From Lytechinus pictus (Eukaryota), in contig NC_087252.1 of assembly GCF_037042905.1 (NCBI RefSeq), positions 24,182,001 to 24,246,000 on the forward strand: a stretch of DNA of 64,000 bases. Reading direction: 5' to 3'. Positions within the stretch are counted from its first letter, which is position 1, and each line of letters opens with the position of its first letter. The notes beneath the pieces were generated by a model that made no database searches, had not been told where the DNA came from, and was given only the letters and a program-made list of their open reading frames with translations. Positions 50,039 through 63,114 of this stretch are shown piece by piece. The position numbers and the translations under genes were made by a program.

Positions 50039-51410
50039 GTCTACTACTGAGTGCACAAAATGCCATAATTGATATTTAAAACATCTATAGGCCTTCGATC
50101 AATCACTGATATATTCAAAGGTAGAGGAAGAGGGTACTCGGTTTATATGCCCAAACTGACTAAAAATAATAATACTATTATAAACATAATAATCAATGGA
50201 ATACAAGTAGTTTGATATTCAAAACTACACTCTATAGTCTTTTGTTTTTCTTCATTTCAATATTGAAAAGTTGCCCCTTTTGCCCAGCATCAATGAAGCT
50301 ATTAAAAGTATTGTATTCGCTTCTTTAATATTTTATTTCTATCATTCTGCCGTCCCTTCTTTCATCAGACCTGCCAACTACCAGTGATGGCCATCCCTAA
50401 AAGTGCGATTCTTTCTAGCCATTTTCAATTGCGTACCAGCCACAAAAAATACTTTACAGTTTACAAAGGGCAAGGTCCAAAACTGTTCGGACCTCTCCCA
50501 CGCAAACTTTGAATAATGAATGGAACTAATGTTATTCAGTCCCAAAAAGATCCTTGATGCGTCCCTCCGTTATTCATCTCCATGTCCCAGAAACTGATGG
50601 GATTATTGCAGCTCCGCTAACTTTTAGAACCTTAATTCTATTATTCTACCATCAATACCACACCTTATCTGCAGTCATACATGTATAATACCAGGCCAGA
50701 CATTTCCTTTTCGGGTCTGATTGGACTTAAGGTTATATGCTTGGCTGCCCAGTTCGAGCAACAGGTCGAAAAGGAATAAAAATTATTGTAGCATGGCTTT
50801 CTCTTTTTTTCCCAAAGACATTGTAATAAAAAAAAGATCCTCTATTTTAAGATTCATAAAAATTATAATTTCTCAGCTTGCAGTCGGAAATACTGACATT
50901 TAATATCTAATAAAAAAATGCTATTAATGAGATGAATTTTTGTCTTGTGTTGAAAAGATGGAAGTTTGACATTAAACATTGCTTTCCTACATGTACATGT
51001 ATTTGGTAATTGACTGTACTGCTCTGATCGAACAGAGGCTTGATATTAAAGATCAACAATTTAAAAAATGATTTATTACATGTAAAAAGCTTGCACTGGT
51101 ATTTTGACTATTTTCTGATTATGATTAAAAACTCAAAATCAGAAAATTCAGAATTTTTTGGCAAAAGGGCAGATATGGAATCATCTAAAGATTTGAAATT
51201 GCTTGAAACTTTTATATCTTCATGTCGGGGAAAAAATTCACACGGGCTTTATTAAGGGTGATTTCGCTCCCGAAATGCTAAATGAGCCATGGAAACTCAA
51301 ATGGGAGCCTGGGAAGTCCCTAATCATTGCAATGTTTAAAGCTTATCCAATGTTGCAGAATTAGGTAGAACTTTATGTTGTGAAATGTAGTCCCCCTAAA
51401 AAAAAAAAAA

Positions 51411-51419
51411 TATATATAT

Positions 51420-51460
<41 letters not shown>
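51411..51460. repeat. (TA)n microsatellite interrupted by TACATGTA
   Basis: Direct reading; interruption at 51421-51428. Confidence 0.95.
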
Positions 51461-51463
<3 letters not shown>

Positions 51464-52030
51464 CCTGCTTCATGTATAGATACAAATTGTCAATGTTAAA
51501 AGTACATGTACGAATTGTGATTGCGTACAGAGTACACAACACACACCTGCATTCAGGAAGCAAGCGTCAGTGCATTTTCTTTCGTTATCACGCCAATACA
51601 TCAACGGTCATTAGTCTGTTTTTCTTTTGATTTTAGTGATAAGATTCACCCATAAAATCACCACCATCAGTTTCCAATAAGCTTCCATTTGCACGAGTCG
51701 GAAGCTCTCTTCTGCGCTCTATTCGGTGAATTCACCGCCGCGACTGAAATCAGTTCTTTACTATGACATCAACTGTGTCTCTTTTCTCATCAGACAAACT
51801 GGTTTTTATCAAGAGTATCAAATCAATTAACCTATATATCTCTTCAGCTTTGGAACTGTGTTCGTCAGCGATGATAGCAATCAAATGTGCTCACGGTGCG
51901 TCCTCAAATATGAAGTCTTCTGTAGAATTTAACCTTTGATTGACCCTTCATTAAAGGGGGGGAGTGTTTTGTGTCCAGAAAGAGCTATATTCACTCTCAT
52001 CTCTTTTCTCTCTCTTTTTCTCATAATAAT

Positions 52031-53720
52031 AGGAGTGGGCTATAAATGGGTGATTTTTTGTTTTACTGTGGCAACAGTTTTTTTGTGTTCCTTTTACCTT
52101 ATCTCAACATGAAATGACAATATTTTTTGTCTCGGGTCCGAGAAAAAAGTGTGCCGGGCCAAAATCCAAAATGGCCGCCAAAACCCCCCAAAATCACAGT
52201 TTTGGCCACAACTTTTTTATTTGGTGGTCAATTTCTCTGGTTTTGGTGTCAATTCATATGTTTTGGTGGGCAGGCAATTTGTTTTTCCTATATTTAGTAC
52301 TTTTAAACCATTATTTGTAGAGTTAAAAGGTAATTATACCAAAATTTTCCCATTTTTGTAGCCTTTTTTCAGCCAAAAAGTGGGTTTTATCATCCTGGGG
52401 TTCTGGGATATTAGATGGTACGAGGTCAACAATAGCAAGCAGCTTCATATAGCTAGATTGCTTTTATTCCTCCACTTTGGGTCTTACGGATATTTGTGAA
52501 ATATATCTTATCAAATAAAAGAAAATGTCATTTATCCATAGGGACTACGGTATACGGTGTACAACTCTACATACTACACTGCATATATCCATGCATTGAC
52601 CACCATGGCATACGACAAGGCCTGTATATAAACTATATTGTCATAGAAATGAGCTTCAAAGGTTTAGAATTAGATTGTGAATTTGATTCCTTGTCAGCTG
52701 ATGTACATGGTGAAACCAGCAACGTAAATTACACTTTCATGTAAATATGACATACATGTATATACGTACATCACATTTTTAGCCATATCTTCTTCATTTG
52801 GAGGCTTTTTTTTTACCTGGTTCTGGTGTCTAACTGGCCTATGTTTATGGGATCAGGTAAGTACTAGTATCATGGTAAGGCTGATCAACAAGCCAATCAG
52901 ACTAAAGGATTGCATGCAAGTTACCATTAAGTTAACATAATGGTCAAATTTTATGCAACGGGGCCCAGAATAGCTACAGTGTAAATTACCTCTCTCCGCC
53001 CCCTGAATTAGCATATTTGACAAAACATGTCTTCAATTTCTGAGACAAAACATATCTTCAATTTCTGAGGCATCTAATTCTAAACCTGAGAGCTCATTTC
53101 TATGACACTATAGTTTATACAACCCTTGTTATCTGTCATGGTGGCCAATGCATTTATGCAGTGCAGTATGTGTGTACAGTACATTGTATACTGTATAGCC
53201 CCAATGGATAATTGACATTTTTTATTTAATAAGATATATTTCACAAATATCCGTAAGACCCAAAGTGGAGGAATAAAAGCAATCTAGCTATATGAAGTTG
53301 CTTGCTATTGTTGACCTCGTACCATCTAATATCCCAGAACCCCAGGATGATAAAACCTACTTTTTGGCTGAAAAAAGGCTACAAAAATGGGAAAATTTAG
53401 GTATAATTACCTTTTAACTCTACAAATAATGGTTTAAAAGTACTAATTATAGGAAAAACAAATTGCCTGCCCCCGAAAACATATGAATAGACACCAAAAC
53501 CAGAGAAATTGACCACCAAATAAAAAAGTTGTGGCCAAAACTGTGATTTTGGGGGGTTTTGGCGGCCATTTTGGATTTTGGCCCGGCACACTTTTTTCTC
53601 GGACCCGAGACAAAAAATATTGTCATTTCATGTTGAGATACATTACAAGGAATAAAAAAAAACTGTTGTCATATTGAAATTACAAAAAAAGTATTTTTGA
53701 CCCATGTATAGCCCACTCCT
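52031..53720. mobile_element. Foldback element with ~645-bp terminal inverted repeats
   Basis: AGGAGTGGGCTATA ... TATAGCCCACTCCT; arms ~52031-52675 and ~53072-53720; the same peptide MCRAKIQNGRQNPP appears on both strands in the ORF track; inserted in an (AAT)n context. Confidence 0.95.
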
Positions 53721-54174
53721 AATAATAATAAATAATACATTATATTCAAAGGGTAAAGGGTGTTGTTTTCACCAAAGCATTTGAGGGAAAAGGTACCGGT
53801 AATAATCTCTTCTCATACAAACACCTACAAATTGCATACATTTATTTCAAATCTGGGTATTCAAGTACAGTGTATGCATGGAATCTCATACAAATTTTGA
53901 AGTAGGCCTACACTGTCTTACAAAACCGAAGAATGAACAGTGTTTCAAATTTAAATTTCTCTTTTGCCAAAAAAGACCAGTATTAACCCTAAAGTCAGAC
54001 AATGAAAGAAAACCCCAAGCATACATGTATATGATGGAGTTCGAAGAGTTTTTATATTAAAGATCACAAGGTGCTAAAATATTTAAATACAAAGTACAGT
54101 ATAAAAGAACCACACAATTTATATACATGTATCAAAATCACTCAAAACCACACCACTTTAAATGTTTAAACCTG

Positions 54175-54434
54175 GGCCCCGTCTTACAAAGAGTTATGAT
54201 TGATCCAATCAATCGTAACTCTATGGAAATCCATCAGTGCCATAATTTTTTCTACTGGAAATTTGCAAAATATCCTTTGTAAACAGAGGAAGACACACCA
54301 AATCGTCAAGAAATAAATGACTTTATGGATATGCAATCATATCTATAAATTATTTTGAACAAACGTGCATTTTATATGTTGACTTTGCTGGCTTTCCATA
54401 GTTGATCAATCGTAACTCTTTGTAAGAGGGGCCC
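54175..54434. mobile_element. Harbinger-like MITE family A, copy 5
   Basis: ctg|ggccccgtcttacaaagagttatgattgatc ... gatcaatcgtaactctttgtaagaggggccc|cag. Confidence 0.85.
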
Positions 54435-55288
54435 CAGGTTATCCTATTTCAATACAAGAACAGTATTGAGGAATTTCGATGAAACTGTTTGGGAACGGTG
54501 GGGCCAACGGTGAGGGTAATGACAGAAAATCTGGTGAAAAAAACTGTAATAAATAGCAATTAGATTATGAGTAGGATTTGCATTCAAAAGAGACTTTGCG
54601 AAATGGTATTATGGAATCCAGCATGTAAAAAACTAACAAGTGCAATGCACAAATGTTATGTCTAGAACGTATGTTAATTGAACCGATGGTCGCCCGTACT
54701 GTACTTGAAGATATATAGGTATGCATGTGATCACCAATATTGTTTTTCCCAACAATTTGGCTTTTTATTTCATAAACACTTGTTTATTAGCAAAACTGTC
54801 TGGGAATGTGACAGAATTGGTTGAAGATGATTGATGCCCGACTAAATTTGGAATTACCCTCAAGTCCACAATGGCTTGCTCTAATTGTCGTATAATGTAC
54901 ACATTTATTAATAGCAATTTACTGTAGAAATTAGAGCGTGACAACCACAAATTACCCGCTGATTTTTAATGAGTTCTACAATTTTGATCACGTCGCCGAT
55001 AGCAACATGTATTGCTAAATAGGGCTCATTTCCCATAAAATCTATGCATTGTTTAAATGGCTTGCATTTTATCCAGCGATACTGAATGAAATTTGCATGG
55101 AAAAATATAATACAATATTCAAGTACCTCCGTTATTTCTATTGGAGTTTATGACATCAAAAAAAAGAAAATCTGTTCTTTCCATTCAAGCAATAATTTGT
55201 GATGAAATCAAAGCAATACTCGATGGTACATGTAGATGGGGGGGGGGGGTCATGGCTCTTTGTTGCCCCCCCCCCCTTGTGGTCGAGG

Positions 55289-55823
55289 CCCGGGGGGGCA
55301 CTCAGTATATAATGCATAGTGGGTATGTGCCGCGGAGGGGACCCCCATTTTTACACTCAAATTTCCGTTCCAAGGCATAGCATTTTTGTCTTATTGAGAA
55401 AAAGAACAAAGAAAGCCGCTCCAAGGCATAGCATTTCCTTCTTATCGAGAAAAAAGAAGAAAGAAATCAGCTCCAAAGCTTTGCATATTTTTCGTTATGC
55501 CGTTCCGGTCGCATTGATCTGCTACAATTTTGGTGAAAAGCGGCCGTAGAGCGCTTTTCGACCATCGTCTAAGCCCGAGCGCACCCGGCGGAGGCCGCGC
55601 TAGCTGCGTCATACAGGATTGCCTGTTCCATAGGGATGCATACGCACTCACGGAGATACGGAGATCCGTTCCGAGGACCCCCGTTTTCACAAACATTTGT
55701 AGTTCCGAAGCCCGTTCCGAGGACCTTCCTTTTTACAATAAGCCCGCTCCAAGGCCCCCGTTTTTTGCCTCGCCGGCGGCACACTCCTACCACTTTTTTG
55801 GTCGAGTGCTCCCCCCCCCCGGG
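55289..55823. mobile_element. GC-rich non-autonomous DNA transposon with CCCGGG termini and 8-bp TSD (superfamily unassigned)
   Basis: TIR CCCGGGGGGGCACTC / GAGTGCTCCCCCCCCCCGGG; GGTCGAGG at 55281-55288 and 55824-55831; repeated ccg(t/c)tcc(a/g)agg motif. Confidence 0.9.
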
Positions 55824-57329
55824 GGTCGAGGCTGATCGCATTCTTTCTAAAGAGCAAAGATCTCACTAAAATCGAGCAAAACCCACTGCACTCATACATG
55901 TGGTGCTCAATAGTTAGTGAACCCCACCAGAAAATGAACATATTTTATAAAGTGTTCAAGTTCTGCCAATGGATGTTTCATTGTGAAGTCAGGGGATGGA
56001 TTATTACATTCAACAAAGTTTGTTTCTCCGGGCGCACCGCCGAACATTGAAGTGTTGTTGTCTACATTCAACACTCGGCATGAAGTACATACTGCATTTC
56101 ATGCTGGGGCTCTCGAGTTAACTTTCGAGCAAAAGCGTAGACTTCTTTTTTTTCTACTTTTATTATTCTTTCAAAATGAATGTAAATCATGCCGAAAGAT
56201 AAAATTAAGTATTCATATTTGCCACATACTGACAGGCAATTCGTCGTTGGTATTATTTGTTGTGAATATTGGAAATTATGCAAAACCAATGAAGTAACGC
56301 ATGTCATACAGGCAAACAGGCAACCTCCCTGTTTTGTTTGTTTGTTTTTCAAAACAATTACATGTATTTATCTTTCAAAATGAATTCTAGGAATTTGTGA
56401 TTGAAAATATAAATGTAAATAAAATATTTGACACATACCGACGGGCAATTTGTCATTGTTGTTGTTGTGGTTTGGTTTCTTCGGGGTGGGGCTTGAGAGC
56501 TGGACAGTGGCGTCGTTGCATTGCACCATGTTTTCGGTTTCTGACGGTTCCAAAACGAGCCAGCAATATCGGCCTGATATCATTGCTTACGACCTCCGAT
56601 CAACTCGATACGTCGTGACGGAAGGTGGTTGAAAATGATATTAAAAGAAGCGCGGAATATTATCCCTGCAGAGGTTGACTTCAATAATTGACTTTAAAGA
56701 AATTATATGGAAGACACTTTAGTTTGTTCATCAAGGCTTTAAAGTACTCCACGTTAATAGTTTACAGTGTAAAGGCATTTGTGGAATGAAGAGTCGTTGT
56801 TCGTTTAATGTACTTGACCTTGATTAACACTCTACATGTATAAAGAGTTCCTACAATTTCACACAGGAAATGAGAATGCATGATAACCGCAAAAGTAGAT
56901 TTACTTTATATCCATATTATCAATGATTGCTGAAAGCTGGCAGTCAAACTCCATATTGGCTTTCAAGTTCATATGTCATCTGTACGCAACTTGTCCTTGA
57001 AAGCGAATGGCGTTCTTAGTACATGTATGTGAAATGACCATTTCATTATTACATGTACATGTAAGTAGTGATCAGGTTTATCAATGAATAATCACAATTA
57101 AATGAACATATAATTGGACTTTGGTTCACTGCTACGGTACACCAAAGACAAACACTATCAGATGTGAATAGTTTTGTTGTCACACCCCGAAACCGGATGA
57201 ATGATGAATCCCACAATGAAATCTGATAAGGCTCATTGAAGTGGTCACAGAAACAGGGCATACATGTATGAACACAGCTTGTATTTTTAGACTTCAACTT
57301 ACTGGGCAGACGAGGGTGAATTCACACTG

Positions 57330-58690
57330 CAGTAATCCTGTCATTAATTCAACAGGTTCTGTTACAATTTTTTTTGCATAATCAATTAAACTGTACTTTC
57401 AATCACCCTGGAGATTAAATCCATTCACAGGCAATACTGAAAGTTACCGCATAACAACTCGGTCAGACGGAGTAAAAGAACGTGATTAGCTCCAATCAAA
57501 TGCGATCAGCGTGTTCGGCATCAGGATGTTATGTCCGTACATCAGCTGAGGCTCACAGAAGCGTTGGACCTAATTTGTCCGTGATTAATCCAGACTGGCA
57601 TGTTCTGATTATCCGTATCACGTTTATCAGGGTCACTCGGTGGTGGAGAAAGCGATCCGGGCACGGCGCGGGGAAAGTACGAGCCCGGATGACATTGGGC
57701 AATATGCGGCAATCACCACCCAGGCTACCTCTCTATTAATGCACTGGCATACAGAGTGAGAGATGATACTGCAGCTATCGCAAGACACGGCTCGTTAACT
57801 CCGATTTGAATTGTATTTCCCTCAAAATGTGATCCCCAACTCAGTCTGCAGGGTTCTGGCCATCATCTTCTAATGATACACACAGAGAATCCAATTACCG
57901 GCTTGTATTTACTGTATTATTCCACAATAACTGCAAATGCAGGCATAACAAGCACTTGAGCGGTCCCTGCTAGCCGGCGTCGTCGTCGTCGAGCCTTACA
58001 GCCAAGCAGATACACAGATACCTCCCCGCACAGCCATCGCTTGTACACTTTTGTGATGAAAAGCTGGAGGGGGGAAACAGAGCGGGGAGAGAGACAGAGA
58101 GTGGGCGTGCAGGCCGATGTTTACGTCCAGTTCGATATAATAGCTCAGGCTCTGCGAGAGGCTGCAAGCAAACTTTAGAAGCAACTCCAACTGTCTATCT
58201 AGCCAGCTATCATTGGGGGTTTGCTCCCTTTACCACTGTCCGTTGACAGTGCAATGCTGAATGCCCTTTCCTCGCTCACAATTGAAGGTCACTCTCGCCA
58301 TGGCTTCAAATTGGATTAACTGGGAGGCTGTTGTTGTTAACACTTTTGATTCAATCCCGTGCTCCTCTTTCTCTATACATGTATCTCTCTCGCTCTCTTT
58401 CCAGACAAACCAAATCTGCCGGTAGGGCTTTTCCGAATGAAAACCATACTCTGAAGCAACGGTGTGGCATCGGTTCAGAGGCCCCCGTCTAGGGAGGTTG
58501 AAAGGTCGGACTGCAGTCTATGGTCTATCGTTACCAGGTAGATCCTGAAGTCACGGACAGTTCGAGGTGGTTAATCCCTCCCCACAGGAGCAGGATGTAG
58601 CCACAGTTAATCCAATCAACCAGATTAGCTAATCTATTTAATAGACAACAGACACAACAAGGGCCGGATACATTGGGATTAGACTCCAGT
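57330..58690. promoter_or_regulatory. Repeat-free island with clustered TAATCC (K50 homeodomain-type) motifs
   Basis: TAATCC/GGATTA at 57333, 57586, 58313, 58572, 58608, 58676; higher GC and CpG than flanks. Confidence 0.35.
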
Positions 58691-61600
58691 TCCTGTCATC
58701 CCACGAGCGGTGTCACGTGACCGGGACGACGATGTCGACAGACTCGGAGAAACCATCAAACCTGGTTAATGAAATCAAATCGGATTTCCTCTCTCGAGAA
58801 TTGGGACAATTTTGACTGGAATCGGTTACTTTCCCTCTCAATTTCTTCCTGCAAACTGAACAGCATCCAGAATCCAACGCAGTAAAACAAAACAAAACCC
58901 AGCACTATGTAGTTCCTTGTTTGCTCAAGACACCCACATGTGTTTTACGTCCCATATTACCTATCCAGAAGACAGAAATAGCATGCGATGCCCTCAGTTT
59001 GGCTTTTAATTGCTGCTAAATGCGTCAAAACAAGTCTAATTATAACCAGCCTTATCTTAAGAAGTCTACGTCGTCCAATCAATCAAATAAACACTGAATG
59101 TCTGACTCGTGAAAAAAAAAAGATTATCATTCTCTGATCAAGTCATTGTAAGTGAGCTACTTTGCAGACTATCATTTATTATTGTCATGTATGAAACAAA
59201 AGGATTATGTGTCCGTTTTTTAGGTTTAAAAAATTATTGTACACAAAGCCTGACATGACGGGTAGACACAGGCATTGGGGGTGGGGTAGCCGGTTGGGGG
59301 GGGGGAAGCAAGGGGGAGCAGGGGTGGTATTTTCTCATAACCTTCCATAAACTTCATCAGTGAACTGTCCCCTTCCCTAATTATTGGGGGGGGGGGGGTA
59401 TCATGGATACACTGTAGATGACAAACAGATTTCCCCTTTTAATAGCTTTTTCAAATAAAGCCGATACCGCAAACGTACATTGAGGTACAATGTACACAGT
59501 ACTTCATGCTCATGCTTGTACTTTTATACAGACGTGAATGCAGACCGAGAGAGAAAAATCTCCATGGTTGTCTTTAATTCCGTTAAAATTTTTTTTTTTA
59601 GAAAATGGGACCAAAGAGAGAAAGAGTGTCCGATGATGATATTTAAGAAGCGACAGATAGGGCATCATAATATGCCCATAAGAGGAGCCATCCGCAAATC
59701 TTTCTTGGACATCTCCATTGTTCCAGACAGGGGTGGCCATCAAACTCCAGTCGGAGGGGCAGAGCTAATAGTTTATTGCCCTCAGCGTGTAATTGTCGCC
59801 CCCATGTGTACCTCGATTGCGCATTTCAGGCTGGATGTTTACATTCTCAAAGCGACGTATTCCCTGCATTTACAGGACTCGCTTGCCTCATGCTTTTAGC
59901 AACTGCGTGTGACTATGCAGCCAGTCTGCCACACACAGAAATGATCTAAAACCAACATAGATGTACGCCGATGTCATTGATCTAGAAAATGTATTAATGT
60001 TCCACGCTGTAGGTTCATCAGGGTTGATTACATGCACAAAAAATAGATTGGCGATGATTATCAGAACATATAATACTTCCAGAAAGTATAATGATTCAGT
60101 TTGTTTGTTTGTTTGTTTGTTTATGTAGTTTTCTACATTGTTGTGATATACTGTATTTTTTTACCAATTGATGTAAAGCCATTGGAAATCAAATTTTGTT
60201 GTACATGTACATGCATTGCATACAGTATATTGACCAATTCGATCTTGAATCTTAAATAAACTGTTAATTCTAATGTACATACATGTACATTAATCCTGCT
60301 TAAAATTGATACAAGGCCAGTCAGTATCAAAACCCATGACAGTGGATTCGCTTTTGTATGTACGGTAATTAGCTTCAATGCTCTCTAATTGACCTTGGAG
60401 ATCCATTGTGCCTTCAAAAAAATCTGCCTGTGCAACAATAAAAACGTGCCCTCCAGAAAAGTAGCCTTGCTCCCAAAATATCAAAATTTAAAACTTGCCC
60501 CCTCCCCTATTCAACAAAAATATATTGCAAAGAAAATTCTTCAATGATTGAAAATTTGAAATACAGGCCTAAACTGCAATTACACACATAAATTAGGGGG
60601 CAAGTGAATGGGGGGGGGGGGGTACATGTACAGTGTATCTAATAATGGAACTCATAATTATCTTCCTATTCAATGCACTCGTTAAAAAATTGAACTTAAA
60701 AATACATTTCAGACGAGTTCCATTTCATTGCAACAGTTTCAGTAGAATATTCCCACTCGAGACGACACACCACAATCACATTTCGCCTTGGGCTACGCAT
60801 ACAGCACACAGCTGATAACCCAGATGAATCGTGGGAAATTTCCCATCAATCAATGCAACTATGAATACAAAAATTTGTTATGAAAGGCAAATATTTTGGG
60901 TGGGTTCTCCATTCCGATTTTTATTTCTTCAATAAAATGTGTTAACGTGGCAAAACCATATGTTTGGGGAGAAGGAATAGGGGGAAAATACATGTAGGAC
61001 ATCTGGACACGTTCTCAGATGAGATATCAGAGGTTCACCAAGCGACGATCGGCGTTTGCTCAGGAGATGCATTTTTCATATTCAACATTGAGGGCAATAA
61101 TCAGAAAAGAAAATATTTTTAAGCGGAGTGATAACGATGCCAAATACCTGGTGATTTATCAAAGCCATAACTTTAATAACTAAATCTACAAGCTTTATGC
61201 ATTGTTTCTCCTTTTCTTTCTTTTTTCTTTTAAATCTTAAAAAAGCAAAATAGGGTTTTCCTCCTATATGTTCCTTTCATCATGCTTTCATCAACACAAG
61301 GGACTCAGTTTTATAATTAAAGAGGGGAGCATTCAAAAGCTATTCTAAAACTTTCAAGAGGAGCAGTACATTGTACAATGTATATTGTAGGTGGGAGAGC
61401 GCTATAAAAAGCTCTTGTTGGAAATAGAACTTTACAAGGGGAGCTTTTTTTTTTGACACATCACACTTCTAGAATACGAAATACATCCGGTACAGGAAGT
61501 ACATTTTAATGTCAACTCTTCATATCGACAAATGATCTAGATAAGGATTTTAATTTTTTTAATAGAAAACAGCGAATGAATGAAGAACATTGTAGACCTG

Positions 61601-63114
61601 TGGATAATTCTGCTACTGCTAATTAGTGGGTTGCTTTGGACTTAATTTATTATTTTCATTCAAAATTATGATAGATTAAACTGAAAATATAAACTCCAAT
61701 TACTGTGCATTGGCGCATACTGCACATACATGGCTTAATTTCGCTTTTTGGAACATTCGGGAAATCCCCAAATCAGGGCTCGCTTAACCGGGGCTAAACA
61801 AATCTCTAATTTCTCTATTCCGCTAGGGAACATAAACCCATCAAACACTGCTTTCATTCAAAATAATGAATGAAACAGAATCGTGCAGATTATTATGTAT
61901 ACCATGGTGGTTTTCAACTGCTCCCCCTAACGCTCACTAATAATTGTATTTTTTATTCTCTCTATAACGCCAAATTATCGTGAAACCAGGAAACCAATAA
62001 ATGTCTATCAGCCATTGATGGTCGAATACGAAGGTTTGTGCATGTGGTCAAATGCAAAATCACAACTAATTTGATTAATCGATTCATACAAACAAATTAC
62101 TGGAAAGCTAAACATCGTCCCTCACTCATGCAAGTCAGATCAACTAGGGGGAAAACCCCCTATTTCCAACACCAGCATGAAATTCTATGAATAGATTGAT
62201 TAGCATTTCAATGGAGGGTGAAAATTCAACACCTGTTTTGCTTGAATCCACGTCCATAGCTTGAGGTATTCAAACCACATACAAAACAGCTCTGATTTAT
62301 ACAAGTTTAAAATCTTTCTATTAAAATACATGTACATATACATGTGCATGTACAGGTAGGCCCTATAAAACTGAAAGTCATCTGACACAGTGACACCGTC
62401 AATATTTTTACAAAGTACCACGTATTAAAGTCGTAACGTACAGTACCTTCGGCAATGCAAAAAAGCTCATAAACTTGTGGGGCAGTCCCGAGCTGATATT
62501 TCTAATTAATGATGTATAAATCCCATTAAACAAATCAGGGGAAAAATAACCTCGGGGCTGGGGTCAATTTAGCCCCCGAAATACTAAAAAGAGCCCAAGA
62601 AACTTTTTTTTTTTAAAGAGGGGGGGGGGGGGCTCTGGAAATACCTATTCATCTCAGTGTTATGGCTTTGAATAAAGTTGAACATTTAGGCAGTAAGTTT
62701 TGAAAAGCAGCCCTCCCCCCCAAAAAAAAAAATTATGATAATAAATAATTTTTGGCCTGGAGCAGACCATACAAGCGCAAACACCTTTAGACTACTAGCA
62801 CTTTATTATAAAGGAGAAATTACAGTAAAAATGGAGGTTTACAGAGCTACATGTAACTGTCAATATTACAAGACATACCTGCTTGTCCAACTTTAGAATG
62901 CTTGCGTTGTTATCATCTGGATATTTCAATCATGAATGCAAAATGTTCATAAATCTGAAAAGAAAAATATAATAAGAGAAAAACATTTAGGAAATTGTAC
63001 ATGTTGGTCCTACACTGTACAAATCAATGCACTTGGCATAAAAAATGCAAATCGGCAGATGTATAGGCCTAAGCCCTATATATTTTTAGAGGCCCGGGTT
63101 TAATTGTCTTCTAA

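Noticed and set aside
52149..53591. Near-identical ORFs on opposite strands, suggesting a duplicated gene pair
   Set aside because: By-product of the foldback element's inverted arms
53903..63071. TAGGCCTA as a second footprint class from GG..CC-ended elements
   Set aside because: Only two exact copies seen (53903, 63064), close to chance expectation
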